A stretch of DNA of 64,000 bases from Schizochytrium sp. TIO01 (GCA_004764695.1 SMSO01000032.1:1426001-1490000); one strand, 5' to 3'; counted from the first letter of the stretch, positions 1-14,094 are shown. The notes: generated by a model not told the origin, from the sequence alone. Program-made: numbers and translations.

Positions 1-2380
1 AAGGAGGAGCGATCTTGTTATTGAACAATCGCTTATGGCAGCTTATCAAACACAACTAATAATATGGATCGTAGAAAAATTCATTTTTATTATCAGCTTC
101 TAGGTCAAGCTCCTCCATTATATTATATGAGTAAGTCAGACCTTCTCAGCAAACGAAATTTAGTTTCCTCCGGGTTTCCTCACTCTATATAACTATTAAA
201 GCTCGTTTTTGGAGCGCAATTACGCTAAGATGTAGTTATTGTTTTGATCTAACTTTGATGCTATACAGGCATCTCCAATTGAAGAAGGAATTAGTGCACA
301 ATATATTGCTAGAGTTCTCAGCATCCTATTATACGGCCTCATAGAACTAGGTCTTTCAACAAAATAGAACTATACAATCAGACTTGCATGGTTGAGAAGA
401 ATTGTATGCATACACATTTCGAAGAGTTGATTATGGTGGAATTCGAAAGAGAAGAGTTAACCTGATTTTGTCATATGAATCTATTGTAGATAAAATATGT
501 ATTAGTTTCCTAATTGCATCATGAATCTGTCAAATTCCAAGGACATCACATTCAGCCAGCCTCCATTCTGTTCTGTCTTCTTAAAGCCTTCATCACAATT
601 CTTACATTCATCTTCATCGTCAACCTTTAGCTGACAAGATACATCTTTCAGCATGCTACTTTTGCCTTGTTATTCTGAAGCCCGAAGCTAGGCTCATAGT
701 GTTGAATGCTAAATTATACCGCATCAAGATATTGTAGACAATATAATCTTTCCTTCTAAACTCAGTAAATATGTTTGCTGACAAATTATCGTGTAGGGTC
801 TTACCTATATTTTGTACAATACCTTTAATATTATTCAGAGTGGGGTTTTGTGAGAAGAAATTAATAGAAGATCTTGTCTTTGTTAATAACAATCCTGATT
901 TACCTTTCAGAAGTCTTGCCTTCTCCGTGTTTCGTTAGCCTTGACAATTTCTTCGACACAATTTACTTTTGGTTTTTCCTCCTGGCATAGCAGTCACCAA
1001 GTGGAAAGAAGGACAACGTAGAGTAAGTAGTCCAAGCATTTTTGGAGCCGTGATTTATGGCAGTAGTGCTAGGTACTAGGTATGTTTATGGTATCCCTAC
1101 CAGTACACACTTTGCACACTCATCCGATAATGGGGAGTTGGCCAGCGTGGCAGACAGAACCAATTATAGAATTCCGCAGATTAGATAACTTGGTAAAAAG
1201 ATGATCACCTATGACCATGAGCTGGGTTCAAGGAGGGGCGGTCCCACTGCGGTGGAATTATCGTTTTTCTAAAAGAGCTGTGGGTTTACCATGAAATCTT
1301 GGGACCAGGTATGACAGACGATGGTGGCTCATCATGTAAACTATCGACGCAAGTTAAGTATGACCTAGGGCTCAGTGAGAGGGCAATCAGGAGGTGAGCC
1401 AGCGTCAACGAACAATGCATACATCTCGCAGTCTAGTAAAAAACAAAAGTGTGTGACATTGCAATCTTGTTGGGGTGGAGATAAGGAAATCAAGAGCGGA
1501 GACTCGTTGTTATCTATTCGGAATTCATTTATTCATCTAAAGGCGCTATATAATATAGATCTAGGGTTGCGCCTATATAATTCGATACATAGTAAAATCT
1601 GATTTGGCCATTTTCGTTGGTGGGGCAGCAAAACCCGCGTGTAATTTCACAAGGCTCTGAGAACACAAGAAGAGCCAAGTGTGAGGTAGGTATCTTTGCT
1701 GAAGGCAAAAACTGAAAATGGCAGTATTCCTCCAAAAAGGAGCGAGGTTGGAGGAATGAAAAGAACAACTCGTGGTTTGCTGAAAATATTTCAGGCTGTT
1801 GGTGAGTTGCAGAGGTGATGCTTGCTTGCCTGTTTCGTGAAACATAGCGCAAGATCGCACTTAAAAAATGTGTGAGTGCCAACAAAAGCGTATTGTATGT
1901 TCATCACGGAGATCACAATGATGACCCGTGAGTCTATGTATTGTTTCTTCATCTAACTTGTTTTTCGTCTGCGTGATAGTTTTCTATCTGTTTGTCTGCG
2001 TGTAAAATCTGTCTAGGTTTCGTCATCGTCGTTTTAGAGTTTGTTGTTTTGCACATGCTACATTCATTGTGATGTAGACGCTGTCTACTTTTCCCTGACT
2101 TCTATGTGATTCTCGTGTGGGCCAGCTTCACGAACCAGTAGGATGTATGTCATGGTAAATTTTTGTGGAGGTTCGAGTTCTTAGTTCAAAGCACACAAAG
2201 GGATATTATTGATGCTACTGAAGAACCGAGCCGAAGGGCATGTCCATATTTCGATTAATCCAGGTTCAAGCAGGACACGAAAGATCTTGCAACGGTCGGA
2301 AAATGAGTAGTGGTAAGAGGGAATCAGGGCCACGAAGCGCTGACATGGATCCTTTAGGGCGTTGTGGGACAGTCCCTTCT

Positions 2381-3376
2381 TTAGTTGCTAGAAGATAAGC
2401 TGTGGCGAACCATGCGCTTCAGAGATGAGTTCCAGCGGTTCTTGATAGAGTTGTCAGTGCGTCCGGGCAGACGCTTCGCCATTTCCGCCCAGCGGTTGCC
2501 AAGTTGCTGGTGCGAATCAATGATGATTTTATCCTCCTCAGGGGTCCAGGGCTCCTTACGAATACCAGGGCAGAGATGATGGCACCAGCGTTCGCGACAC
2601 TGTTTCGCAATGCGTCCTGGGAGCTCAGCAGCAATTACTTTCCACTTCTTTGGGCCAAACTTCTCAACAAGATCGCAAAGTTGCTTGTCTTCCTCCGGAG
2701 TCCATGTTCCCTTGATAGTAGCACGCTTGTTGCGCTCAGGAGAAAGCACTGGTCGCTGCTGTGAGCTGTTGGATGTTGTAGTCGAGGCGGTAGGGCTGCT
2801 GGCGCCGTTGCGAGCGACTGCTTTGGGCTTACGTGCGCGCTTCTTCTTCTTCATATCCTTGAGAGAAGATGAAGACTCTGCATCACTGCCCGAGTCGATG
2901 CCACTAGAGACAACATTGACAGCTTCACAGAGGGCGGCAGTGGGGGAGCCGGGGTTGAAGTAGTTATCTTCCTCGAGCGAGCTGTCATAGCTGTCAAGTG
3001 CAGTAGGGCGCTGCTTTGCGTACCCAACAGCGAGCTTGGTGGAGTTCTTGCAAGCGCGCTTAAGCGCAGGTTCGTCTTCATCCGACGAGCTGGCTTCGCT
3101 GGCCGCCGAGCGTACAGACACGGTTGCAGAGTCAGAATCTGAGATTTGCGTGTTGGTACGCTTGACTTGATGCATCGAAGGTGAGATGGCAAAGGTTTTT
3201 TTGCCAGTGTATCCCACGGGGGTCACAGGTCTGTTGGGAAACTTGTGATCTTCGCTCATGAGCAGGCTCGTTGCGAGGAGCTGCAGTGACGCGAAGCGGC
3301 TGCTCGTGTTGGCGCTGTGATTACTTTGCGCTGTTGATGGGCGCACCTCATGCTTTGCCATCTCTGACATCATCAT
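2381..3376 (-). CDS. R2R3-type MYB transcription factor (331 aa, MYB repeats at the C-terminus)
   Basis: Two MYB repeats with regularly spaced Trp: [12 protein letters not shown]...[28 protein letters not shown] and [12 protein letters not shown]...[25 protein letters not shown]. Ser-rich N-terminus and a basic NLS-like stretch [10 protein letters not shown]. Confidence 0.95.
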   Translation of the reverse strand: MMMSEMAKHEVRPSTAQSNHSANTSSRFASLQLLATSLLMSEDHKFPNRPVTPVGYTGKKTFAISPSMHQVKRTNTQISDSDSATVSVRSAASEASSSDEDEPALKRACKNSTKLAVGYAKQRPTALDSYDSSLEEDNYFNPGSPTAALCEAVNVVSSGIDSGSDAESSSSLKDMKKKKRARKPKAVARNGASSPTASTTTSNSSQQRPVLSPERNKRATIKGTWTPEEDKQLCDLVEKFGPKKWKVIAAELPGRIAKQCRERWCHHLCPGIRKEPWTPEEDKIIIDSHQQLGNRWAEMAKRLPGRTDNSIKNRWNSSLKRMVRHSLSSSN

Positions 3377-6300
3377 TATGTTTTGCTGAGTCGATCGTTA
3401 CCACGAAGCAGGGACTCTTGCTGTCCGTGCCTTGTCGTGCCAGCACTGTCGCTGCTGACTTGGGGGGTTCTCTCACCCGCTTCCACAGGTCACCTGCCAG
3501 TCGCAAGCAAGACCGGGAGAGATGACTTGGGCTGGGGCGAACCTCAGTTTGAAGAGTTCACAGGCAGCGGTTATTTTGACTTTTGCCTGTATGCTTTTGC
3601 AAAGCGAGCGGTCCCACAGATCGCCTTAATTGCAAATTACAGTTGCACAGAAACCAAGACGAGTTTCTCTTGTCTCCTAATAATATACTAGGCGCAGTGG
3701 TCGTTAGCTGGTCCTCTTATTAATACTATTATTATTCTTGTGTTGTTGCTGCTGCTGCAGGAAGCTTGCAACTCGTAGCGCCGTTACCACTTTCGCTTTT
3801 CCTGCTGCTCCGCGCAGTCAGCAAGCTCACCACAATCGCCGAGATGTTTCGTAAGCTGCCTTGCGCAAGCTGGAAGACCTTGGTGTCTACCTAGTTAATC
3901 TATAGCAGTCTCCCGCGCTAAAGCCCAGCCAAGCAGAGAGATTAAAAACAACACCAAAAAAGGAAGGAAGGGGAAGAAACCAGAAAGTGAGCAACGAGTG
4001 CTTCTTCGTCCTCGCTCCTCCTAAGTCCACGGCAGTCTCCAACGCCAACAACAACAACAACAACAACCTGCTTCGGCAAGAGTTACCGCGATTGGTCTTC
4101 GCTCGAAGCGGAGGTGGTGGCTGCCTCTCCAATCTACGTATGTACGTATGTACGTACGAGTGTATGCGATGCTGTTTTTCTTCTGTCCAGCTTTTGCCAG
4201 ATCCCGAATTGTTGTTGTTGTTAATTAATTGATTGATTCAATGCCCTTTTTCCCTTTCTTCCCTCTCTTTTCTATTCTTTTATTGTCTATCTGTGAACAA
4301 ATAAAAGAGGAAAGCAGAATAATCAATCTCTCAGAGAGAAATAAGAGACAACGAATGAAGCGAAGAAGAAAGAGCACAGAGCACGGGAACGGGCCGTTGC
4401 TCCTCTGCTCGCGGTCCTTGCTGCCGGCAGCGGGTCCGCTCAGGTCGCGCTTGCGCTTCTCGCCGCGTGCAGGCGACCGTCCGTGGCTCCTGTGCGGTGA
4501 GCGTGCGGTACCCTTTCGGCCCGCGAGCGAAGACCGAGGCGATGAGGGATGGGAACGAGCGATGAGGAATGCAGCAGCTCAAACAGTATATTGATTCCAA
4601 GAGGCGATGCTCGATGGCCACGGCTCTGCAGAACTGGGCGGCGACTTGGCTGCGCAGCGAGGCGCGAGACGGGGGGAAGGGGGAGGTCCGGGGTCGCTGC
4701 TGAGGAACTGGCGCCGAGGGCGGTTGCTCGTTCGCTCGCGCACTTGCTCGCGTGCCTGCTCGTCGCTCGCTGCTCGAGGGCGCGGCGTTGAGTTGAACGG
4801 GTTTTGAATGATGCATTCAAAAGGAGGAATGAGCTTTCTTATAAAACAAATAGAAGCAACATTTAATTCCTGATTTTTTTTATTTTCATTTTTAAAGTTT
4901 TAAATCAATCAAACATTTGAAACAATGTTTATTTTACAGTTCGTATTAAAATAAAAACCAAAGAGCAGCGAATACTTCGAAAACCAAGGACCAAGGAAAA
5001 GAAAGCAAAGAGAAAGAAAAGTGAGAGTGTGCTACCTGAGAACTACCCCAAACTCTAGCCCTTACAAATCTCCAAGAGGCGGGAATTTGAACGAAAAGAG
5101 TATAAAGTAGGTGCCTTAGCTGTTTGCCTATCTGGGCGGTAGGGACAGTATTAGTTTCATAGAATGCGCGAAAGCTTTACAAAGCATCAAAGAAAGAAAA
5201 GTGAGGAAGTGAGGAAGAAAGTAAGAGGAGAGAAGAAACAAAATAAGTGTTTGCGGGAAAGGGAAATAAATACTTTGTTATGAATTGGCGATAATTCTCA
5301 CTCACTCGTTCACTCACTCCCCAAATACGACCTCTCGCGGCCCTCTTTCTCTCTCTTTGGGGCTTCTTTGCCTTTGAAGTTTAGGGCGAGAAAAAGAAGA
5401 CCAAAGTCGAAGGTGAATCGATCCTTCGCGATAGAATCCTAAAAGACGAAGTAGGGTAGGGAAACGATTGTTTTATAGACTTAGACATTCAAAGTTCCTT
5501 TTTTCTTTCTCTCTCTCTCTCTCTCTCTCTCCATCTCTCTTTTTCTTTTTTAGTGAAGAAGAAATTAGCTATTAGTATTACTATTATTGAAAGCAAAACA
5601 TGTATTTTCCTATGTATGCACCTCTCTCGATACAGTTCCTTGCGAAAACTAATGAATAGCTCCACTGGGAGGTTGCGAAGGAAGGCGGCGGCCTTCACTT
5701 CATGCAATTTGCAGCATCGATCCGCAGAACCTGAAGGTCGATCGAAGGGCGAATTGAGGGAGGAAAAGAATGCACTATTTCATTTTAGAATAAATCAATA
5801 AATCTATCTCTCTATCTCTAGAGCAGTCTAATAATCTAACACGGAATCACAAAGCAGCCAAAATAGAAAGAAAGAGTAAAAGAAAGCGCCTCTGGGAGAG
5901 AGAGAGAGAGAGAGAGAGAGACTCCGACTTTTCCCTCACACCTATTCGCTTTTCAACTTTTTACGATCCCTCAGTCAGCCCCTCACCCTTTCACGGAACT
6001 ACAGAGAGAGAATTCGTCACACCACATACTTTAAAAGCTCTCCCCGTCTCCTCCCTCTGTCTCTGTGGTATGATTTTAAAAAAAAGAAAGAAACATGCTC
6101 AAAAATGGAATCTATGAAAGAATGCAAAGTACGCCACAACATGCTAGATAGGTAGACGCTAAGAGCCTACTAGAACCGCCCACTTTCTAAAACATTCCAT
6201 TTTTAGCTCAATTTTACCTTTCAGTTTCAAACTTAAAATAAAAAGAAGAAATTGCTTATTGCCGGCCTAGTCTGATTGAAGTTGCAATATGTCTTTTGGG

Positions 6301-8020
6301 CAGAGAGAGAGAGAGAGGAAAAGAGGAAAACACCATTGTTGTTAGTCAACTTTGCGAAAGTTGTTACTTTCTTATTTAGTTGGTTATTCTGACGGAATAG
6401 AAATAGAGAAAAGAAAATATGCAAATTGGCAAGCGATCGCAATTTCGGCCTACTAATTTGCAGGAAAAGGCAGAACTCGAAGAAAGGCAAAGCAGAGCAA
6501 AGCAAAGCAAAGCAAAGCAGCGCATCGCATCCATCGCCATGGCCTCATTTGCTCTCCCGTAGGAGCCGCAGCGCGTCCTCGGCCCCTATAAATCCAACTG
6601 CTCTGTCCCGTGCGTCCTCAATCATCAAATGCGCTTTCTTTCTTCTTCTTCTTCTTCTGCTTCTTGAGCTCCATTCTTTCTCTCTCTTTCAAATATACAG
6701 GTGCCTAAGCTGCCTTCTTTCAGAGTTCTCGCGATACGGCCAATATGGAGACCTCCAGTGGCAGTGGAGGCACCGGAGGTGTGAGGTGGGGGTCCCTACA
6801 AAACACCCCTTCCCTCACAGCGCTATGAGGGCAGTGGGTTACAGAGGGCGGAGCGTAGGAAAGAGAAAAGAAAAGTAAGCTGCGCCCCCTCATTCGTTCG
6901 TCCCTTCATTCACTCCTTACTGCTAACTTTTCAATTACTACTGCATACTGGGTGACTGACTGACTGAGTTTTGACTGAGTTTTCCTTTCCTTGTCAAACA
7001 CTTCGCTGTTCTGGGCGGCCTCTGCTGCGGCGCCCTTCTTCGAATGGCCGGCTTCTGCCTACTCCTCGCTCGCTCGAGCTCTTATGAGCTACGTGGCTGC
7101 CCGTTGCACCGTTCAATCGCATTCGCCTGCTCGCCTCGCTCATGCAGACTCGGCTCTGCAGACGGTTTTCAGACGGTTGGGCCTCTTCATTCTTCTGCCT
7201 TGAACGAGAGGCAATGAATCGTTTAGTTCAATTAACTAACTTAATTTTAATAAATAAATAAATGAATGAATGAATTCATTAATTAATTAATTAATTGATT
7301 CCCCGCTCGCCGCCTATCGATTCGCGGCACAGCTATTTATTTGTTCATTGGTTAGCACAAGAGCAAAGATTCATTCCTTCCTTTGATCCTTCACTCATTC
7401 GTGCAATCAATTCATTTGTGAAGACGGTTTAACTCCACGGATTGATTGCCTGATTCGTTCTTCATTCATTTGACTTTGACTTTAAATTGGTTGATTAACT
7501 GATGTGTTGGTTGCCTGACATGCATGCGCTCCCTCTGTTTTAGAGAAATAAAAATAAAGAAATAAAGAAATAAAGAAATAAAAGAAATAAAGAAACTAAG
7601 AGGACTCACTCACTCACTCACTCTTTTCTAGTCTGCTTCGGTCCCCCGGAACTGCAGCAGAGACCTCTCAAAAGCCTGCTGTCCCTGGCCTCGAAGAGCA
7701 GAAGAACGTCCCTCTTACGCCCTCCCAACCCTTCCCTCTGCGCTCTTTGCCCTCTCTCGCCCCTTCCTTGCCAGGCCTTTCCAGGCCTTTCGAGGCCTGC
7801 GCTGCTTTGGGACGAAAGAGGTTCTGCGCCGCTGTTTCCAACGTCGATGATCTCAGCTCAGCGCCTTCAACTAGGAACTCCTAACTGCTGCGCTAGCGGA
7901 ACAGACAGGCAGCAGCAGTAGTTAATTTCTTTCTTTTTCTTCTCTTTCCTTTCCTTTTTTATTAATTTGTTTTTATTAAATTTATTTTTTATTAATTTGT
8001 TTTTTGAATTTAACCCTCAG

Positions 8021-8053
<33 letters not shown>

Positions 8054-8825
8054 CAGCGGAGGAACTGTGCTTTGCCTTCTTTTCTTGGAGCGCCAAAAGG
8101 AAAGTTAGTGGTTGAGCAGGAATCGAAATCACCATCGATCATCCATCAACCATTGCTCTTCGAATGCAAATTCACAGAGACGCTGCAGACTTTGCGCGGG
8201 GCCCTCCGCCGGAGCCCCTCCCTTGCCAGGCCTCAGCCGCGGATCGAGCCGCCGCATCCAAAGCTTACTGCGGCTTTTCCGAAGTCTCAAAGACCAGGGC
8301 AAAAACAACGAACCAACGACGACGAGCGAATCAGTGAAGGAATCATCAGTGCGTGGAAATGAATGGGCATTTGAAGTTAAATACATTAACGGCGACCAAA
8401 CCAATCGAAGGGTTCCGCCCATTCAAAGCCACGATGTGCAGAACTCTGTCACAATTTTAATCAAATGAAAGGGTCATCTCATCCTCATGGTTATAATCGT
8501 TCGCCACACAGAGTCTGATTTATTTTATTACTTTAAAAAATAAAAATAACAAGGACAAAAGGAAAAAGGAGAAGAAAAAGCAAGCAATAGCAATGATAAC
8601 TAACTAACTAACTAACCAAATGATTTTCCCAAATAGAATACAATACAAAAGGGACAAAGAGCGAAGGGTCGCGAAGTGTCGAGACAGCTCGAGCGTTGCT
8701 TCAGTTCTGCTTTCCTTTCCTTTCTCTTTCTCTCTCAATGTTCGCAGCTGAAAAGGTGAGAGCTCTTCTGTCTTCTGTGCTGAAGGCATTTACTATTGAT
8801 TGATTCGTGTATTTACTTACTCATT

Positions 8826-8892
8826 TACTCACTCACTCACTCACTCACTCACTCACTCACTCACTCACTCACTCACTCACTCACTCACTCAC
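8826..8892. repeat. (TCAC)n microsatellite
   Basis: Uninterrupted actcactcac run. Confidence 0.95.
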
Positions 8893-11800
8893 ACATTTAT
8901 TAATTGTTGGTTGCATTTTCTCTACAAACAAGCACAGCGATGAAAACCCGCGCACCACCCCTCCCTCCGCCACTTCAACCTCAGAAGCACCTGCGAACCA
9001 ACCAACCATCCAAAGAAACAAGCAAAACAAGCAAAGAAGCAAGCAAACAAACAGCCGTCGAGGATCATCAAAAGACAAGGAGGCAGGGACTCGAAGAGCC
9101 TTCGCTGTGCATTTCTTTCCTGCTCCACGCTGCTTTCCCTTCTCCTCCGCCTGAGTTCATTTTCCTGCTTATTAGTATTTACTCTCACCTTGAAAACATT
9201 TCATTAACAACAACATTAAACGAAATCGAAATCGAAATCGAAATCGAATGAATGAATGAATGAATGAATGAAGTACCATAGTATGCGTAACAACGAGTGG
9301 CTAGAAAGAGAGAGAGAAGGACCAGCCAGTTCTGCGCCACCTCTCGAGTTCTTCTTCTTCTTAATCCAAGTCGATCCCGGCGCTCGCTCGCTCCTCTCTG
9401 GCCTGCCTGGACGTGGCGGCTTCTGCAGGTCTAAAGCTGCCTGCTTCGGCCACAGCTTTGAACGAAGCAAATCGAGATGGCGAGGCATGAAGCCTTTCGC
9501 TTTCGAATTGGTTGAAACTAATGAAAGCAGAGAGAAATCCAACTCAGTTCTTAAGCGAGCTCGTACGAAGAAGCGAGAGAGAACCTTGCCTGCCTGCCTT
9601 TATTTGTTCACGATCTTAAAAGTTTCCTTGTACACCCCCGGTCTGGCGAGGCGTGCACCGAAGATGTGTGAAACGGCGCACAGAGAGCAACGGCGAAGGG
9701 AGCAGAGAGGGAGAGTAGCATCCCTGACATCAAAAGTTGACTCTTATACGGGGGGAAATTGAATATAATTTTTATTTCAGTTTTGAAGTGCTTATATACA
9801 TATTGTACTGTATTATATTATATATGTAATATATGCAAAGCAGTCGGGATCAGGAGGAATCAGAAACTCCTCCTTCTTTTCCTTTTCCTCTTCTTCTGTG
9901 CTTTTTCCGCCTCTTCAAATTTGAATTTGTACTTTTTCTTTAAAGAAAAGAAAACAAGGAGAGGCCTAGAAGCAATACGTAGTAACCAGTAGGTGCCTTT
10001 CTCCAAAGAGCAAATCGTCGACTATCCAGACATACATATATACGTACATACATATATACATTCATTCATGGATACGTACGCGCAATAATCAATAATATAA
10101 AACGAAAGAAAGGCAGGTTCCGCGCAGATAGTCTTAGATTCCTACCCAGATGCTTAGCGCGAGGGCGGTTAGCAGTAGCTAAGAGCCCTCTACGTCTGTA
10201 TTTTAGAGAAAAGAAAAGGAAAGTGCCTTTGGTTCTTCGTCTGCAACAACGGCGGCGAAATGGAGGAGAAGCCGCCGCAAACTTCTCGCTGAGGAGTTCG
10301 CGACACTGTGATCTGCATCGAAGAGAGGCAGAAGCCTGACTTCAACCGAGGCTTGCGATGGCGGCCGCGCCCATCCACCATTCCAGCTCCGGCATTTCAC
10401 CTCTTTCTCTTCACGGTTGACGATCGAATGAAATTCTCTTTACTCTGCGATTCCGGCGATGTCGCATCGTCCTCTTAAGCCACAATGATTTATCTCTTAC
10501 TTATTTAGGCGCGCGTAATGATGGTGACGGTGTTTCAAGCCGCTTGAATTGAAAGAAAAATTCAGAAAGTCAGGAAGATAGCATAATGAATGAATGCGTC
10601 TCAAAAGGTGAAGAAGAGTCACTCGCAGAGAAAGACCGGAAAATAGAGAGGGAGAACACTACTACTTTACAAGTAGGCTATAAAAGATGAGACTTCACGG
10701 TCTGAGAATTGAAGTCTGACTTGCGCTGAGGGTGAGGAAGTGAAAATAAAATAAAAAGAAAGAGAGCAAAGAGAAGGAAAGCACATCATAGCGAAAGAGA
10801 CCCTCCAAAGGCTGCGAAGGAAGAGACTGACTGACTGACTGACTTATTTATCTATGTATTTGTGTATTTGATAAATATATGTATGCATATTGGTTGATTT
10901 CCACGCTCCACTTCTCTGGTTCTCTCCCTCCTTTCCCCAAAGTTCCTTGTTTGCCTTCCTCTCCGGCGGTGATGAGATGTTTCTTTGTATTCTTCGTCAT
11001 CGAAACCAGCTTCAAACTGCCAATCTACTGCATCATTCTCCTCTGCTTTAAATTACTTATCAAATAAACATGAATGAATGAATTAACGCAGCGAATGAAT
11101 AGCAGCCATATAGCACTTTGCTATGACTTACTAGCACGTGAGTAGGAGGACCCGGGAGCAATGACAACAATAATGATAATAATAATAAAATAAACAACAT
11201 TTCTAATTTTCCTTTTTTAAATAGACAGGATAAGTTCTATGGTTTGAAGCACAGAATTCACTCCTGTCTGCGAAACTACACCTTCACGTGAACTTCTATT
11301 TCGCGGAGTTATTCGCACGATTGGAGAAGGCAGCGCATTACGAGGGTTTGCTGGGTTGATCCATACGTCAGAATAACTCATATACTTCGCTCACACAGAG
11401 GTTTTTCGGGTGGTTTTCTTACTATTCTGATTTCTTGTTTTCTTCGAAGTTTACGGAGTTGCGAAGAAAAGGAAGAATACCATAAAGGGATGGAAGACAG
11501 AGAGAGCGAGCCACAGAATTCACTTCTTCAGCATTGCCAGTGGAGACAAGGGTAGACTCCAGGTTCTTTATCCAAATCAATTCCCCGTTTCTCTTATTCA
11601 CACTGTCTCCAGATGTCTCAGTGCGATACACACACAAACAAAAAAATAAATCTTCAAAACTTTCCTCACAAGTTTGAATATATGCTCTCTTCTCACCTAA
11701 AAATTACAGACCGGTAGACTAGGAAATGTGCAGAGTTGTATAGAGGAGTATCCACTGAAGTCCGAACTGGTCTGGGCATGCAATCAGTTTCTCCAGTGTT

Positions 11801-12791
11801 GTTAGGTCTTGATGACTATTTGAGACTACTTAAAAAAGGGCGTTCTGAAGTCAGTGGGCGCTGGCTGCTCGCTCACTTTTTTATTTTCGGAAAATCATAC
11901 ACTAGGCGACAAACCCTGAGCTTTTGTCTATTCAACACTGATCTTTATGTCTCCCCCAAAGGTGTAAAGCATCTCCTCTCGGAGAAATTATCGAGATATG
12001 TGAAGGTAAGTTCACTCAGTCTGAACAACACTGAAGCAAACTTTAGCAGTGATCTTGAAGTGCCTCTCTCGGGGATATAGGATTGACACCCCATCACGGG
12101 AAGCGTGGCCATCATCATCAAAGGTTAGAGGTGAAAAAAACAATAACCTAAAGTGCAATTTCCCTGTTTAAAAATAAATTATTATATATTTATCTATTAT
12201 TATCATTTATCTTTAGTTTTATTTTAAGACGTAACCTTTTCAAACTAAAAATGTTTTTTTGTTTTGTTTTTAGTTTGATCTTGGCGACCTAATATGTAGC
12301 CACTGTGGGAGTTCTTTATTCCTTTTCCCCACGCAGAAGCGCACGGGTCCTCACAATGCTACTGTGATCGCTGCGGTCTCACGGTGACCCCTCCACTGCG
12401 GGGAGTGTTGAGAGGGCACGGGACAGCAACTCTGCATCGTGCTCCTCAGTGTCCACTGGGACCTGCGAATGCGCCGGAAAGACAGCGTGAGCACTGACTC
12501 AACATTGGAAACAGGAGGTACTACCAATCGATCCTCCGCTGACTACTCCTTCGATACCTGTTACGTCTTTCAAGCGCAAGAGAATAACTTCCTTCATCAT
12601 CATCAGAAGGGCATCATTTGCGCATTCCACGGTCGGTTCTGGTTTCTTTGAGCTCTTACTCTTTCTTTTCCTTCCTTCCTTCAAGAAAGAAAGAAAGAAA
12701 AAAACATATCGCACGTTGCATTCAAACAAACAAACAACTGGAAACAAATAAATGAATGAATAAATCAATCGATCAATCTATCAAAAGAATT

Positions 12792-13034
12792 AAACAAACA
12801 AACAAACAAACAAACAAACAAACAAACAAACAAACAAACAAACAAACAAACAAACAAACAAACAAACAAACAAACAAACAAACAAACAAACAAACAAACA
12901 AACAAACAAACAAACAAACAAACAAACAAACAAACAAACAAACAAACAAACAAACAAACAAACAAACAAACAAACAAACAAACAAACAAACAAACAAACA
13001 AACAAACAAACAAACAAACAAACAAACAAACAAA
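12792..13034. repeat. (AAAC)n microsatellite, about 60 units
   Basis: Perfect AAAC run. It generates the spurious KQTN/FVCL ORFs in the track. Confidence 0.97.
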
Positions 13035-13973
13035 TAAGTGAACTTTGGTTGTAGCTGTAGCTATAAGTCTCCGCATTCCGCGCAGAAGCGTAAAGCCTCG
13101 GCGGGCCGGCCAAAGGGCAGCGCTGTTGCTTTGCCTACTTCTCTCCACTTGAAGAAGACGCAGGCTTTGGACTTGCGAAACAAGCCTGAGATCGAAAGAA
13201 ACACTCTTTTGTGGTATTCAAACAATCTTAACGCCTTTTTTTCTCCTTCGTAATGTTTCTGACGGCTGTGTCTGAAAAGATTGTCACTTTTCGTTTCTTT
13301 TCTCAGTTCCTGCAATATTTAAGATCAACGCTTTTTGCACGAGGATATTGAAGGGGCCCACATTTTGAAGGTAAAATTTAAAATTTAAAATTAAATTTCA
13401 ATGAGAATAAATAATATAATGTTTGAAAATAGAGAGTAGGCAAATAAAAGATCAAACAAACAAACAAACAAACAAACAAACAAACAAACAAACAAACAAA
13501 CAAACAACAAACAAACAAACAAACAAACAAACAAACAAACAAACAAACAAACAAATAAGTGAACTTTGGTTGTAGCTGTAGCTATAAGTCTCCGCATTCC
13601 GCGCAGAAGCGTAAAGCCTCGGCGGGCCGGCCAAAGGGCAGCGCTGTTGCTTTGCCTACTTCTCTCCACTTGAAGAAGACGCAGGCTTTGGACTTGCGAA
13701 ACAAGCCTGAGATCGAAAGAAACACTCTTTTGTGGTATTCAAACAATCTTAACGCCTTTTTTTCTCCTTCGTAATGTTTCTGACGGCTGTGTCTGAAAAG
13801 ATTGTCACTTTTCGTTTCTTTTCTCAGTTCCTGCAATATTTAAGATCAACGCTTTTTGCACGAGGATATTGAAGGGGCCCACATTTTGAAGGTAAAATTT
13901 AAAATTTAAAATTAAATTTCAATGAGAATAAATAATATAATGTTTGAAAATAGAGAGTAGGCAAATAAAAGAT
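13035..13973. repeat. Direct duplication of a 418-bp segment (13035-13452 and 13556-13973, offset 521), separated and flanked by AAAC arrays
   Basis: Both copies start taagtgaactttgg and end gcaaataaaagat. The ORF track shows identical ORFs 521 nt apart. Confidence 0.95.
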
Positions 13974-14060
13974 CAAACAAACAAACAAACAAACAAACAA
14001 ACAAACAAACAAACAAACAAACAAACAAACAAACAAACAAACAAACAAACAAACAAACAA

Positions 14061-14092
<32 letters not shown>

Positions 14093-14094
14093 AC
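13974..14094. repeat. (AAAC)n-(AGAC)n compound microsatellite
   Basis: AAAC run switching to AGAC near 14066. Confidence 0.95.

Noticed and set aside
2115-2195. GGTTCGAG T-loop-like motif suggesting a tRNA (also 18139 and 46152)
   Set aside because: No cloverleaf or acceptor stem can be built.
12297-12490. Cobalamin or TPP riboswitch (gccactg, gacctgc, ccggaaagac fragments)
   Set aside because: The motifs are in the wrong order and there is no adjacent relevant gene.
12756-13669. ORFs with KQTN/FVCL repeats, and similar THSL, FFLS, poly-K/R and SINQ ORFs elsewhere
   Set aside because: Translations of stop-free microsatellites.
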